Source: Pelagomonas calceolata (taxonomy: Eukaryota). Taken from it: DNA of 64,000 nt. Both the position numbers and the translations under genes were made by a program. Positions 44,079-56,200 of this stretch are shown in pieces. Below the pieces are notes generated by a model that saw only the letters and a list, made by a program, of their open reading frames with translations, was not told the origin of the DNA and ran no database searches. Positions within the stretch are counted from its first letter, which is position 1. The number at the start of each line of letters is the position of its first letter. The stretch spans positions 2,604,001 through 2,668,000 of the forward strand of contig CAKKNE010000006.1 of NCBI GenBank assembly GCA_918797485.1, read 5' to 3'.

Positions 44079-45179
44079 ATGAACCCGGTTATACTACTTT
44101 TGCTGCACAGCCAACGCGAGGTTCTGGCGTTTAGCGCAAGGCTGCAAAAACCGACGACCAGCACGAAAAATGGCTGCTCGCGCGGCGCCTCGGCGGTGCA
44201 ACGTCGCAAAAATGGCGTCTCCTGCAGCGCCGCGGCCCACTTACCCTGCGACGCGACAACTGGCGCGTTATACGAGTGCGCCGAGGCCGCAGCGTTTCAG
44301 GCGCAGGCCGCAGCACTCCGCCAAGAAGCCGCGGCGCTCGAAGACGCGCTGCTCGCGGAGCGCCGCGCCCTCGAGCCCACGAAGGTCGTCGTGCCAGCAG
44401 CGACGACGACGGCACCGACTTTACGTACCCGCTCGACGCTCGCGGGCCAGCTCCTTTCGACGAGCTGGGAGCTCAAGGACGACGGCGCGGCCTTTGCATG
44501 TTTCGAGGACAACGGCGGCCACGTCGTCGCCCAAGCTGAGGGCACGTGGTCCGTCCGCGACTCGCGCCGGGGCGGCATCGGCGTCAAAATTCGGCTCTAC
44601 GCGCGCGGCCGCGTCGACGGCCGCATCGTGTCCACGGTCGCGACCTTCGACGCGCTCCATCCTGACGACGCCCGCGACGCGCGAGAATTACAACGGACGC
44701 TCGCCGACGCCGTCCGCGATGCAGAAAAAGCAGCGGCGCGGCTGGTGCCCCTCGAGGCGCTGAACTTCGTCGAGCCGCCGCAAGCGTTCTGGCCGAAATT
44801 AAATACCGAGAGCCTCGCGAGCCGCTTCGTCCAGAAGCTCCGCACGACGTCCCGGCGGCGACGCGCGCGGCGGATCCGCAAACTGTCGCTTCAGAGCATT
44901 ACCGCGGCCCGGCGCGCGTACGATAAGAATGCGCGAGCGGCCGCGGTGGCGGAAAGGGGCGAACCGGCCGTCGTGGGCGGCGTCGCGCTCGTGGTCGCCG
45001 CTTCTGGCAACGTTCGCGTCGACGGCCTCGCGCCGGTCCTCGCGACGACCTGGGCGCCGTCGCCGGGCGCCTTACTGCGCGGCGAGGCCTACGTCGTCGA
45101 CGGGGCGCCCGCGGCGGCGAAGAAGTCGCGCCGCCGGGCCGGCGGCCGCGCGGGCGGCGTCTCTACACGACTCGCCTGA
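44079..45179 (+). CDS. Hypothetical protein, possibly plastid-targeted
   Basis: MNPVILLLL...VLAFS; AQAAALRQEAAALE coiled segment; start uncertain. Confidence 0.55.
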   Translation: MNPVILLLLHSQREVLAFSARLQKPTTSTKNGCSRGASAVQRRKNGVSCSAAAHLPCDATTGALYECAEAAAFQAQAAALRQEAAALEDALLAERRALEPTKVVVPAATTTAPTLRTRSTLAGQLLSTSWELKDDGAAFACFEDNGGHVVAQAEGTWSVRDSRRGGIGVKIRLYARGRVDGRIVSTVATFDALHPDDARDARELQRTLADAVRDAEKAAARLVPLEALNFVEPPQAFWPKLNTESLASRFVQKLRTTSRRRRARRIRKLSLQSITAARRAYDKNARAAAVAERGEPAVVGGVALVVAASGNVRVDGLAPVLATTWAPSPGALLRGEAYVVDGAPAAAKKSRRRAGGRAGGVSTRLA

Positions 45180-45275
45180 TGTCCATACTGCCCGCCACGC
45201 ACGACCTTCGAAGAATTCCTCTCAATCGCCGCTCCTCTGTATATATACCCCTGTTGTCCATAAGCACATGTATAC

Positions 45276-46004
45276 TTAGTAGTCGCCCACGTGGAACGCG
45301 TATTCGACGACGCGGCGGATCATCTCCGGCGGGAGCAGCGGCAGCTTCGGGATAAACGTCGCGGCGATGGCGTTGAGGTGGGCGCGCTCGTATTTTTTGA
45401 TGCCGCCCGCGGCGTGGACTTTTCGGAGGTAACTTGAGGGCCTTCCGGCGAGAGTACTTCCGGAGGGCCCGGGCCTCAGTGCCGTTTCTTCGGAAAGGGT
45501 GGCGCCGGCGCGGAGTAGCGTTGGGTAGATTCGTTCTTGGTTCCCTTTAATTATTGCCAAATCCAACGATGTCCACCCGTGAGTCCTGAGCCCCGCGTTC
45601 ACCGCGGCGCCTGCATTGAGGAGCAGTTCCACGCACTCGACACTAGAATCATCGCGCCAACATGCCCAGTGAAGGGGCGTCCAGCCTGTTGATGATGGGC
45701 AGTTCACGTTGGCCCCGGCGTTGACGAGGGCCACCACAAGCTTCGGATGCCCGAAGCTGGCCGCGAGAGAAAGTGGAGTCGACGACCGCGTCGTCTCTGC
45801 ATTTATATCCGCTCCCGCATCGACGAGGATGTTTAAGCAGGTGATCCGATTATCCGCGTCTGACTCCCTTTTTTCGCACAAATGGTGGAGAGGCCTTAAG
45901 CCGTTGGACTCTGCTAGATTTGGCGAAACGCCTTCCCCGAGCAATTTTCGCAACGCGTCGACGTCGGCGTTGCGGGCGGCAGAGTGTATTGGCTCATATG
46001 CCAT
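45276..46004 (-). CDS. Ankyrin-repeat protein with a C-terminal F-box-like motif
   Basis: TPLSLAA, GWTPLHWAC, GAAVNA repeats; C-terminus LPPEMIRRVVEYAFHVGDY. Confidence 0.88.
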   Translation of the reverse strand: MAYEPIHSAARNADVDALRKLLGEGVSPNLAESNGLRPLHHLCEKRESDADNRITCLNILVDAGADINAETTRSSTPLSLAASFGHPKLVVALVNAGANVNCPSSTGWTPLHWACWRDDSSVECVELLLNAGAAVNAGLRTHGWTSLDLAIIKGNQERIYPTLLRAGATLSEETALRPGPSGSTLAGRPSSYLRKVHAAGGIKKYERAHLNAIAATFIPKLPLLPPEMIRRVVEYAFHVGDY

Positions 46005-46162
46005 AATATGCCAAATTGTTATTTACCATCTGAGAGTCGGCTCTGGTACACTGGTCCAACTCCCACCAATTCCGGTGCTCGACGGCTACTGGACGGCGCC
46101 GATTAGGCACCGTTCTCGCTCCAAAATGCGGGCCAAAATATGTCCTGGAGCCTACACTCAGC

Positions 46163-46184
46163 CTAGCGGCCTGTAAGACACTAG
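46163..46184. promoter_or_regulatory. CTAG-N14-CTAG motif upstream of the ankyrin gene
   Basis: ctagcggcctgtaagacactag. Confidence 0.55.
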
Positions 46185-46329
46185 CAAGCAAGCCGTAGCC
46201 TGGCCCCGGGGAGCGGGAGGGGTCCGGGGGACCCCGCGACGTAATAGCCCGAGCCTTATCAGAAGAAGCCGCCGCGAGACGATGGTCACGTTCCCGGACG
46301 AATGTAGACAGGAAGTACTACTACTAAAC

Positions 46330-48330
46330 TTAAGTCGTGCTCGGCACGTACGGAAACGGCACGACCTCCTCTTGGGTGGTCTGCGCCTCCCAGAGATCGG
46401 CGTACCGACCATTTGCTGCCAGCAACTGCGCGTGCGTCCCTCTTTCCGCGACCTTGCCCTCCTCCAGCACCACGATCTCGTCGGCATCGGCGACCGTCGA
46501 CAGGCGATGGGCGATGACCAGCGTCGTCCGGTTCCGGCCATGCGTCTTGAGGTGCGCCATGATCTCGGCTTCGGTTTCGGTATCTAGGGCAGAAGTCGCC
46601 TCGTCGAAGCAGCAGACCGGTGCGTCCTTGAGGATGGCCCTTGCTAAGGCTACTCGTTGTTTTTCTCCACCAGATAGTTTTAAACCTCTATCACCGACGA
46701 GCGTCTCGTAGCCGTCCGGCAACGTTAACAGTAGTGGACCAAGATTCGCCGCTTCTGCTGCTCTTTGTACAGCACTGAAATCACTGTCTAGATTGCCATA
46801 GTGGATGTTGTGCTTGATGGACGAGTTAAATAAAGGAGTCTCTTGCGGCACCACCGCTATACTACGTCTTAGGTCGCCGACATCTAGATCCTTGACATCG
46901 ACGCCGTCGACCGTGATCTTGCCCTTGTCCGCGTCGTAGAATCTGAAGAGTAATCGCAGTAACGTCGACTTGCCGCACCCGCTTGGACCGACGAACGCGA
47001 CCGTTTTCCCCGCTTGAATATCTATATCCACTCCTCTCAATACCGAATCTCGTCCTTCGTACCCAAAGTGGACGTCCTCAAAGCGAATACAAGGAGGATC
47101 GACGGGCGGGTCGTGGCCCGGGCCGCGCGCGATCGATGTCGTTGCGTAGGACGCGGGCACGGGGCCGGGCTTTTTATCTAGTAGATCGAACATGTTCTCC
47201 ATGTCCACCAAAGCCTGGTTGATCTCCCGGTAGACCATGCCGATGAAATGTAAGGGCATGGCCAATTGAAATAGTAAACCGTTCACCAGGACGAGGTCGC
47301 CGACCGTCGCCGTACCAGAGGCAATATCTCCAGCGGTTAACAGCATGATCGAACTGAGACCGACGGCGAAGATGGCCTGCTGCCCGAAATTCAGGATAGA
47401 TAGGGTCTTCTGGACGTCCACCGCCTGCGCCTGGTACTCGCCTAAGAGCTTATCATACTGTCTAGCTTCGTGCTCCTCGTTGCCAAAGTACTTGACGGAC
47501 TCATAGTTTACTAGTGTATCAATCGCATGACCACCAACAGCGGCGTCGGCGGCGTTCATGCGCTTTCGGATGGGTATCCTCGACGCTGAGTATTTTACGG
47601 TAAAGAGCACGTAAGCGCCTACCGTAGCCAAGCAAGCCAGCGCGTGGTAGCTCCCGAACTTCGTCGCCACGATACCTGTGACTAAGCTTATTTCCAGTGT
47701 GGTCGGAAACACGTTGAACAGCGTCATGCTCACCAAATAGTTCACACTCCGCGCTCCTCGATCCACAGTTCTGGAAAGTTGCCCCACATTTCTGTCTAAG
47801 TGAAACGCATGGTCCAAGGCGTGCAAGTGGCGATACACTCCAAGAGCGACATTGCGGATCGCCTGCTGACTAACGGTCGCAAAAATGGCATTGCGCGCCT
47901 CTTGGAATCCGGACGCACCCAGTCGCGCGACACCGTAGCCCGCCAACACCGCGACGGGCGCCGCCACGACCGCATCATTCGTCGACAACACATCAATGGC
48001 CTCCTTGAAGAGGAACGGCGTGCCGATCGTTAAGGCCTTGGCGCCGACCAGTAAGGATGCGGATAAGGCCACTCTCTGCCTTATGGACTGCGCCGTCTCC
48101 TTTGGTATGGCCTTGCCCGTCGTTATCGACGCATCTTGCTTCGTCTCGTCGACGGGCGGCCACAGTTGTGAGGCTAAGAGGCGGACGATGCGCTGGGCTC
48201 GTTGCGGAGCTGGTTTCGCTTCTCGTAAACCAGCCTCTTCCACGCCGCCGCCGGACCAGATGGATCGCTTCGGTCGCCAGGTATTTGTGATGACGACGCG
48301 CGGCGCGCGCCGCAGTGTGAGTGTCAGCAT
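46330..48330 (-). CDS. ATM1: Mitochondrial ABC half-transporter ATM1/ABCB7
   Basis: [60 protein letters not shown]. Confidence 0.95.
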   Translation of the reverse strand: MLTLTLRRAPRVVITNTWRPKRSIWSGGGVEEAGLREAKPAPQRAQRIVRLLASQLWPPVDETKQDASITTGKAIPKETAQSIRQRVALSASLLVGAKALTIGTPFLFKEAIDVLSTNDAVVAAPVAVLAGYGVARLGASGFQEARNAIFATVSQQAIRNVALGVYRHLHALDHAFHLDRNVGQLSRTVDRGARSVNYLVSMTLFNVFPTTLEISLVTGIVATKFGSYHALACLATVGAYVLFTVKYSASRIPIRKRMNAADAAVGGHAIDTLVNYESVKYFGNEEHEARQYDKLLGEYQAQAVDVQKTLSILNFGQQAIFAVGLSSIMLLTAGDIASGTATVGDLVLVNGLLFQLAMPLHFIGMVYREINQALVDMENMFDLLDKKPGPVPASYATTSIARGPGHDPPVDPPCIRFEDVHFGYEGRDSVLRGVDIDIQAGKTVAFVGPSGCGKSTLLRLLFRFYDADKGKITVDGVDVKDLDVGDLRRSIAVVPQETPLFNSSIKHNIHYGNLDSDFSAVQRAAEAANLGPLLLTLPDGYETLVGDRGLKLSGGEKQRVALARAILKDAPVCCFDEATSALDTETEAEIMAHLKTHGRNRTTLVIAHRLSTVADADEIVVLEEGKVAERGTHAQLLAANGRYADLWEAQTTQEEVVPFPYVPSTT

Positions 48331-48605
48331 CGGTCAAATTATGGGAGAGCAGAGCTGCGAAATCTATCCGATCGTATCCATGCCTCGCAGCGTCGTCTGT
48401 GCTTATAACCAGCAAAGCTTATTATGCTTTTGCGCCGCAACACGACGCCTACTCAGCTTCAGCGCGAGCAGTCGAGCTAGCGTGATGTTAGACACTAGCA
48501 ATCTCGGCAGCCGAGCTCGGGCAGCCCCTTTCACGGCCGCCGACAGTAAATCACTCGGCGCGAGTTGGAGCAGCCGCTATTTTGACGCCACCGCAGCGAC
48601 GCACG

Positions 48606-49514
48606 ATGGTCAACGGCACGGTCATCACCCTCTACTTGATGCGTTCGGGCCCCTCCTGCGCCGACGCGCTGGACGGCTGCACCGCTAACATAGCGAAAGC
48701 GGCCGCGGCCTTCGGGGCGCAGCGCGACGGCATCAACGACGCCCTCGCGGGCACGCCCTACAATGCCGTAGATATAAAACCGGGCTGCCGCCTCACACTC
48801 GACGACGGCCAATCAGTAAGGCTGAGGGACGCCTACAGCGACCCGGGCCTGACGACTTATGGTAGAGATAGGTCTCGAGCCGCTGGCAGAGAGCTGAGAC
48901 GGCGCGTCGAGCCGGACCTCGTCGTTTGTTCCGTGCTGCGAAGGGCTCGGTTAACGGCCGAGGCCGCGTTTCCTTCTCATGATATCTTCACGGCGCCCTA
49001 CTTAGCTGAAGCGGAGGACGACCGCTTGCTCGCGTTGGACGACGCGCCCATGTCGCCCTCGGCCGGAGGGCTGTCCTACGTCGATCCTACCAGACGAGAC
49101 TGGGCCTCGTCAAATTATCATGCGTTTTTGACGTTTCTGGGCGGGCGCCTCGCTCGAAAGCCGCGCGCCTCCAAATCAAGTTCCTTGTCGGAGAAGATAA
49201 CCGCCGAGTCGGATCATACGGCGGTTGCCGTGACGCACGGCGCTTTACTCAAAAAGGCCTGCGGGTTGGACGCGGAGCCGCCCCACAATACCGTTTGGAG
49301 AAGGAGGCTCTTGGTCACCCAAGAGCACGTGCGCGAGGAGCCGGGGCCCTGCGACCTGTTTATGGATGCGACGCCACCGGTTCATTTGAGCGTCGGTTGT
49401 GATGATGCTCCTCACAAGCCCTGGGACGTGAGTCCCTTCCTCGACGATGAGGCGGTGCTCACGGGACCTGGGACGTTCTCGTTCCCCGACGAGGTGGTGC
49501 ACGACGAGCTTTGA
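48606..49514 (+). CDS. Histidine-phosphatase (phosphoglycerate mutase)-like protein with degenerate RHG motif and C-terminal HDEL
   Basis: LYLMRSG, DPGLTTYGRDRS, VVCSVLRRARLTA, AVAVTHGALL, terminal HDEL. Confidence 0.65.
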   Translation: MVNGTVITLYLMRSGPSCADALDGCTANIAKAAAAFGAQRDGINDALAGTPYNAVDIKPGCRLTLDDGQSVRLRDAYSDPGLTTYGRDRSRAAGRELRRRVEPDLVVCSVLRRARLTAEAAFPSHDIFTAPYLAEAEDDRLLALDDAPMSPSAGGLSYVDPTRRDWASSNYHAFLTFLGGRLARKPRASKSSSLSEKITAESDHTAVAVTHGALLKKACGLDAEPPHNTVWRRRLLVTQEHVREEPGPCDLFMDATPPVHLSVGCDDAPHKPWDVSPFLDDEAVLTGPGTFSFPDEVVHDEL

Positions 49515-49715
49515 GTCTTTTTGACACGCGACGACGACCACAACGCCGTCGACTCGAGGACCAGCGGCGCGGGGGATGCCACAGAACAGCCAGGAGCACA
49601 CGACCAACATCCGGGAGAAGTGCGACCACGCTCCACTCCGGTGGTGTACATCGAGTCGTCGAGGCGCCCCACGCCATCGACGCGACGATTCCACGCATGT
49701 TTAAACAGTTATAAT

Positions 49716-50699
49716 TTACTCCTTCGCATCGGGCAGCTCGTCGAGGAACCGCTCCTCGTCCTTCGCCTCGGCGTCCTCATCCGTATCGTCCTCGTCCTCC
49801 ACAGACTCCTCGTCATCCTCCTCATCCACATCACCGCCGCTCTCCCGCAGCGACGCGCGCACGGCCAGCCGGAAGGCCGCGTCGTCGTCGTCGTCCTCCT
49901 CCTCCTCCTGAGAGACCATGGGTGGTGGCGGCGCCTCGTCCCCTTCGGAAGCGGCTCTCGCCCTTCTCGCAGCCTCGTCCTGCATCGACGCCTGCATCGC
50001 CTCCAGCAGCATCAAATCTTCGACGTGTTGGAGATCGCCCAGCGACGCCAATAGACGATGCACGTCGTCCAGAGGTAGAGCTTGCGTGCCCTCTCCTGGA
50101 TTACTCCCCCGCCTCCTGAGAATGAACTGGGGCCGCCGCCACCCTCGTCGCTGCGGCGCCGCGCCGGGCACGGGCTCCGGGACGTCGCCGCGCCGTCGCG
50201 CCTCGAGCTGCTGTCCCCTAATTTCGTCCTCCATCTTGCGGCGATCATCAATGGACACCGTGGCCACGGTCTCATCGATAGAAACCTTGTGGGCGACGGG
50301 CGTGTCGATCTTGCACTCCTCTTTGCATTCACAGGCCTCGGCCTCGAAATCTTCCACGCTACAGAAGGGGCACTCTGTTTGACCTTCTTGAGGCCGCACT
50401 TGCAAATAACAACTTGTACAGATGGTTTGATTGCAGCATTTTGAAGAGTTCATAGTAGGGAAGTAGAGGAAGCAGATCGGGCACTCCTCCGTTGCTTTTG
50501 TAGTGGGATCGTCCTCTCCTTGTGTAGGCGGTGCGAGTTTCCCGCTCTTCACTAACGCAGCGACGGCGTCGGCGTCCCATGCATTGGATTTGCGCGGGTG
50601 GTCCGCTTTGATGACGGCCGGCCGGGCCTGCTCTTGGAGCGTTCGGACGGCGACGGCGCGGCGCCGCGTCTGCTGCGCGCGGGACGTGTTGGCGCCCAT
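49716..50699 (-). CDS. RING-finger protein, DA2/Sip5-like, with UIM-like motifs; putatively myristoylated
   Basis: MGANTS; ECPICFLYFPTMNSSKCCNQTICTSCYLQ...CPFC; EDLMLLEAMQASM. Confidence 0.88.
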   Translation of the reverse strand: MGANTSRAQQTRRRAVAVRTLQEQARPAVIKADHPRKSNAWDADAVAALVKSGKLAPPTQGEDDPTTKATEECPICFLYFPTMNSSKCCNQTICTSCYLQVRPQEGQTECPFCSVEDFEAEACECKEECKIDTPVAHKVSIDETVATVSIDDRRKMEDEIRGQQLEARRRGDVPEPVPGAAPQRRGWRRPQFILRRRGSNPGEGTQALPLDDVHRLLASLGDLQHVEDLMLLEAMQASMQDEAARRARAASEGDEAPPPPMVSQEEEEDDDDDAAFRLAVRASLRESGGDVDEEDDEESVEDEDDTDEDAEAKDEERFLDELPDAKE

Positions 50700-51369
50700 T
50701 TTTTCTGGGCTGTTTTTGAGCTAGCTGCGGTCTCCGCGCTCGTGCCGGCGGACGCGTGGGGCGGCGCCGCGGGTGCGCGGGGCGGCTGCGACGCGCCGAG
50801 GGTGGGCTAAAGCCCTTGTGCACTCAGCTTCCTAAGACGCTTTTTTGAGTGCCTAGGCCCTTGTTTCGGGCCCAGCAAAGGCTCACGTGGCTGGAAGGCT
50901 TGCTGGCCGCTTCTGTAGGGTGGCGAGAATTCAAACGCCGATCTCTCGCGGCCGTTCAGCGCCCAATGCGAAGCTCTGCCTCTGCTGGCAGGCGTTCGGC
51001 TTGGGTCGTGCGGAAGCGTCGAGGTCCGGCCCGCTCGTCGCGAGACGTCTGGTGTATCGACCTGTCCGAGTTTCGGGTGGGACCCGGCTAGCGCACTGTG
51101 AGGCACTAGCAAAAAGCAAGGAGGGTGATGAGCATCGTGAGCGACGCATACTGGTGCACCGTGGGAGCCGCAGGGCTCGTCGGCGACTCGTGTTGTGGCT
51201 GCGCGCGATTGCCGCACCAGACTGCACCACTGCACTGCACAGAGATAGCACTGCGAGCTGCAATTTGTGAGAGCCAGCTGAGCGCTCTCGCTGACGCCAT
51301 TCGCAGCAACGCATACAAAGTTCAGCCGCATCCACAGCACTGCACAGCCATAGCACCGCAAAAAAAGCC

Positions 51370-53232
51370 ATGAGCGCCCAAGTACAGCAACCACAGCTCA
51401 CCGACGACCAGTGGCTGCAGCTGCACCGCGACCAGCTCGTAAAACAAAACGTGCCGGCCGCCGTGCATTCAATAATAGCGAGGAAGATGAACCACGAGAT
51501 ATTCGACTGTTCGACAACGTTTGCGCTGCAGGACGGGACAACGCGCGTCGTCAAAGCGACGCCAAAACACGGTGATGCGTGGATTTCGGACCACGCCTTG
51601 GTCTTCCGCGCGCCGACGGACGCCAAAGCAGCTCTTGCACAGTACCCGGGCCTCGCGGAGCGCTTCGCGACGATGGCGCGCTGTGAGCCCGAGGACGCAC
51701 TCGACAAAGCCATCTGGAGGTACGCGCAGGCCCTGCCCGGCGCGCGGCCGCCCGTGTGGTGCGTCGAAGATGAAATTGGCAATGGCTTCATGCGAGGGTC
51801 GCCCGTCGCTATCGGCACGGCTCATATTACAGACCGGAGGACGGGCGACACGTTCGCCGTTTATTGGCCTGAGGGCGACTTGGACGTGGGCAGCGCCCCG
51901 AGGCGCGACCCGTATCCGCACATCAAACCAGGATTACGTAGAGACGCTTTACTAAGTGCGAGCGCGGACTCGTCGGAGCGCTGGCGAGCGGCCTACGCCG
52001 CGTTCTCGAAGCCTGAAAGCGCTTCTGCTGAGGTTCCGGCCTCGTCCAACACAAAACCACCGGCAACGACTCCTCTCAAAGTCTGGACCGACGTCGCCTG
52101 GACCTCCGAGGTCACGGACCCACGAATAGAATTTGTGGAGGACGCGTCAACTGCCGACGCCGTTTTCGCCCATTCCGGCGGTGGGAAGTATCAAGTTCTC
52201 AAACACCAGCTGGTGTCGTGGTTCGCCTACGAGGCGGCGCTGATCAAGAAGGACCACCTCGCGGCGACGTTACGAAGAGCCGGCCTGGCGCACCTGGCAC
52301 CCGTCACGTTTGATCTGGAGACGGAGCTCGACGCGCTGCTGGGCTTCCTTGTTGCCAGCCGTGTGGAAATCAAATTTCGGGCGCCCCACGCCATCGACGC
52401 GATGGTGTCACCGTAACTGCGTCTGCTCGATGGCGTGGCGATTCCACGCCATCGACGCGACGTCCCCGTGACCACGTCGGCTCGATGGCGTGGAGGCTCA
52501 CGAAGTCCACGCAACATTTCTCAGGATAGCCTAGCTCACTGGTTGATGTCCACGCAGGCCGCCACCGACGCCCACGTCATCCTGAAGCCCTACGATCTTG
52601 GGCGGTCGATAGGCCACAGCGTGACCAAGTCGATCCCCCAGGTCCTCGCGTATGCCGCGGCGGGCGGCTACGTGGCCCAGCGCTACGTCGAAAGGCCGCA
52701 CGCGCTGCCGACCGATTCGAGGGGGCGCAAGTACGATATAAGGGTGGTGGCCCTCCTGCGGTCGGCATCACCTTTGGAACTCTACGCGCACGACCACGTG
52801 TATGTCAGGTGCGCGAACAAGGCGCACTCACTCTCAAACTTGGACGACGTCGAGGTCGCGCTCACGGCCATGCACCTCGTGGAGCGGGAGGCGGACTACC
52901 CAACAACTAGCGCCTTTATCGAAGCGTTCGACAAGGAGAACCCGTCGAGGCCCTGGGATTCGGTCATGGCCGACGTCCGCGCGACGCTAAGGAAAGCCTT
53001 CGCCGCGTGCGCTTCTCTGCACGCGGGCTTCGCTTCTTCATCCAACAGTCGTAGCGCCTACGGCTGCGACTTCATGCTCGACGCGGATCTGAAGCCGTTG
53101 TTGCTAGAGGTGACCTTCGCTCCGGCTCCGCTCTGGTCGTCGGAGAGCATGCCGGCGCGCGTCGACGGCGTCGCCGACGATATCTTCCGGACGCTGTTTT
53201 TTGGGGAGACGGCGCGGGTGACTCGGTGTTAA
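51370..53232 (+). CDS. Tubulin-tyrosine ligase-like protein (TTLL12-like); intron 52351-52557
   Basis: SDHA, VEDEIG, FAYEAALIKKDHLA, ILKPYDLGRS, VAQRYVERP, KYDIR, YGCDFML, LLEVTFAP. Confidence 0.88.
52359..52557 (+). mobile_element. Introner-like TIR element (long form)
   Basis: Ends ccgtgtggaaatcaa / ttgatgtccacgcag; degenerate TSD gttgccag / gccgccac; internal ctcactgg. Confidence 0.8.
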
Positions 53233-53261
53233 GTGTATTGTACTTTATAAACAGGCACATC

Positions 53262-56200
53262 CTACTCACCGACCTCCGCCCGCGTAGTTTTCCGACAGAG
53301 CGGGCACGACACTCCGAGCGAGCGCCGCGTCGGCGCCGCGAGCCGTACATGGTCCGCTAGGTCGCCGAGGCATGCCGCGTGGAATGCATGCCCACACTCA
53401 AGAACACAGGCATCCTCAGTAATAGTCGACATGCAGATGGCGCAGGGGTCCGTCGGCAGCGGCGGCGGCGGTGGCGGTGGCGGCGCCTCTACCGGCAGGG
53501 CTTCCGGGATCTTTTTCTTCGGCGGCGGTGGTGTCTTGTAGCGAAACACGTGGCCCTCTGCCGTACTCGTCTTTCCCGATAGATTCTTTGAGATTTTCGA
53601 AATGCATATGTCTAATTTGTCTGCTGCAGCCCCGACGGAACAGAATTCCTCCAGGACAGCTCCCGTCTGCGAGTCGTACCTGACAATAGCTGTCGACCGG
53701 GGACCCTTGCAGTAGCAGTCTGGGCGGCCCGACGTGCATCTAATACCACCGGTCGCGAATCGCTGTTTCGCGTCTCCGGTTACAAACTCGGGGTAGTGTG
53801 CCCGAGCGACCCCTAATAAAGAGCGGTACTGCTTCGATTCGCCGGGCTTGTGGTAGTACTTATCGGGCTTTGCTCTGCCACCGTCCTTGCCGGGCGGCCT
53901 AGGTACCACGCTGATCGTCCAGTTGTCCTCCCTCATCTTGGCCTCTAGAGCTGTATTGTCCGTCACCCGCTCCGTGCGCGAGCCCGTGCGCGAGCTTTTA
54001 GGTTGCTGCGACGTCGGATGGACGGGCGTGGGTGTGCTGAGCGGCTCTAACTCCTCGAGCGGCACCGTCTTCAGGGCGCCGTCCTCGAACGCGACGCGCG
54101 CAGACGTAGGCCCACTTGAGACGACGGTCGCAGCATACTTGCGCCCGTCGCTCCAGGGCACAATACACTTGGAGCCCTTGGCGAATTGCGGCGACGACGG
54201 CGAGGGCGGCGGCGGCGACTGCGGCAACAGAATAACTGGGGGCGGTGTTCGCTTGCCAGTAAGTTCTTGGTAACCTGTGCATAAATCAACCAGTGAGTCG
54301 GGTGCGGAATAGACTACAACGCCACGCCATCGAGAGAAGCGCCGCGACAATTTGATTTATGCACTGTTGGTAACGTTGTAACAAGCGGCGATTCGCCGGT
54401 CGCACCAGTTCCACAGGGACATCATCCTCTTCGTCGCTATCATCAACGTACTTTAGATCAACCGTCGCACCGGAAGTGGCCAGGACAAGCGCTGGATAGA
54501 ACTTGGAGCCTCCGCGCCACCTTGCCTCGACCAGCGCGTCGACGGGGTAGGACACCGAGCTCGTAGGCGCCCGTGCGATGGCGTCTTCCGTCGGGGCGAC
54601 CGGGGATGGCGGCGGCGCTGGGTTCCCGGCCTTGTGAGCCCGCAACTTCCGCCGGAAGTCGTCTTGCCCGTCGTAGGGGTCGCGGCCTATGCCTCTGGTT
54701 CGCATCAACTCCGTCAGCTGCCTCCAACCCATCCCAGAAAACTCGTCTGTGATCGCGCCCTCGACCGCCTTGGGCGCCGGCGGCGCCGCCATTATTGTTC
54801 CTCCCATCATGCTATACTTCCAGTGCCATTCACAGGCAGGCCCCGACCGCTGGGAGCCGAGCCGCGCAGCGATGGCAGACCAGCTCTCGCGGTCCCCCAA
54901 CTCATTCACAAGCTTCCGTAATTGTTTTTCCTCTTCGGCCGTCCAGCGCGGCGCCGCCGCCTCGGGCTTGCTTGTGGGCGCCGCCGGCGGCGCTTCCGGG
55001 ACGGCCGCGGCCGGAGCCGAGCGCTGGCGGGCAGCGAGCGGCCGCACGAGGTCCAAGGGCACCCTCTCCTCGGAATCGCCATCCGTATACTTGAGGTCTA
55101 GAGTCCTACCGCCGTCTCTCACGGCGACGACTAAAGCAGGATAGAAAACGTCACCGCCGCGGAACCGCGCCTCGACTAGAGATTCAACCGAGTACTGAGC
55201 AGTCGCCCGCGGGTCTGGTCGTGGCCCTGTGGACGGCTTGACGCTTGGGCGAGAAGGATGCGCGGGCGGCCGTTGTTGCGTCGACGGCTCCGCGGCCATG
55301 GCTAGGACGCGCTCGATGTGTTGCCGTGTTGTCTTAAATGCCATTTGGCTCGCATAATGACCGCTGTGCTGCTTGATGGAGGCAACCCATTTCGTCCATT
55401 CCGCCAAAGGGCCACTCTGTAGCGCGCGTGACGCGCCCGACGGTGCGGTCCAGTCGCAGAGCGCGCACCGCACGTCACCGTTTGACTCTACTGTGAACGT
55501 CCGCTGCGTTCGGCCGTCCTTGGTCGCGAAGCAGTTCCCGAACTCCCGACCCTTATAAGTGGCGCAGATGGCACCGTCTAGTTGTGCCTGGACCCACTCG
55601 TTGGGGGTCAGCCGGCTTCGGTCGCAGAGCGCCGCTTCCTCGGCCGACAGCGTGGTCGTGGTCAGATCGCAGCAATAAACCGTCACTGCGTAGCCGGTCT
55701 TCGTCGTCACCTCGGTTTGACCGTTATATCCGAGCTTCGTCACGACGCCTCGCAACCCGTCGCCGCGCTGGACGTGGGACCCGACGACGGGCCAGGCGTC
55801 GCCAGAGCCGCCTGGCGCGTCCCGCCGATTCTCCGACTGCGGATCGTCGACAGGCTCCTCCGCGGGCGAGTAGTGGTGGCGGCCCCGTTTCGCTGGCCGC
55901 GCAGGTGTCGCTTCGCGCTGGGCCGCCATTTGCCGATCGAGCTTCTGGCGCAGCGCCGCTAACGCCCGCTCTGAAGTAGCGGCGTCCTTGCGCGCCTCGT
56001 CGCGTTCCCGACGGAGGCGTTTGGCATCACCCCGTGCCTCGTCGCGTTCGCTGCGCAGGCGTTTGACGTCCCCGCGCAGCTGGTCGGCGTCGCCTCGCGC
56101 CTCGTCGCGCTGCGCCTCGGCGGCGCGCAGGTCCTGCTCGAGCGATTGCGTCGCGGCTCGCAGGGAGTCCAGCTCTCGCCGCAGGCGCTCGTTCTCCGCG

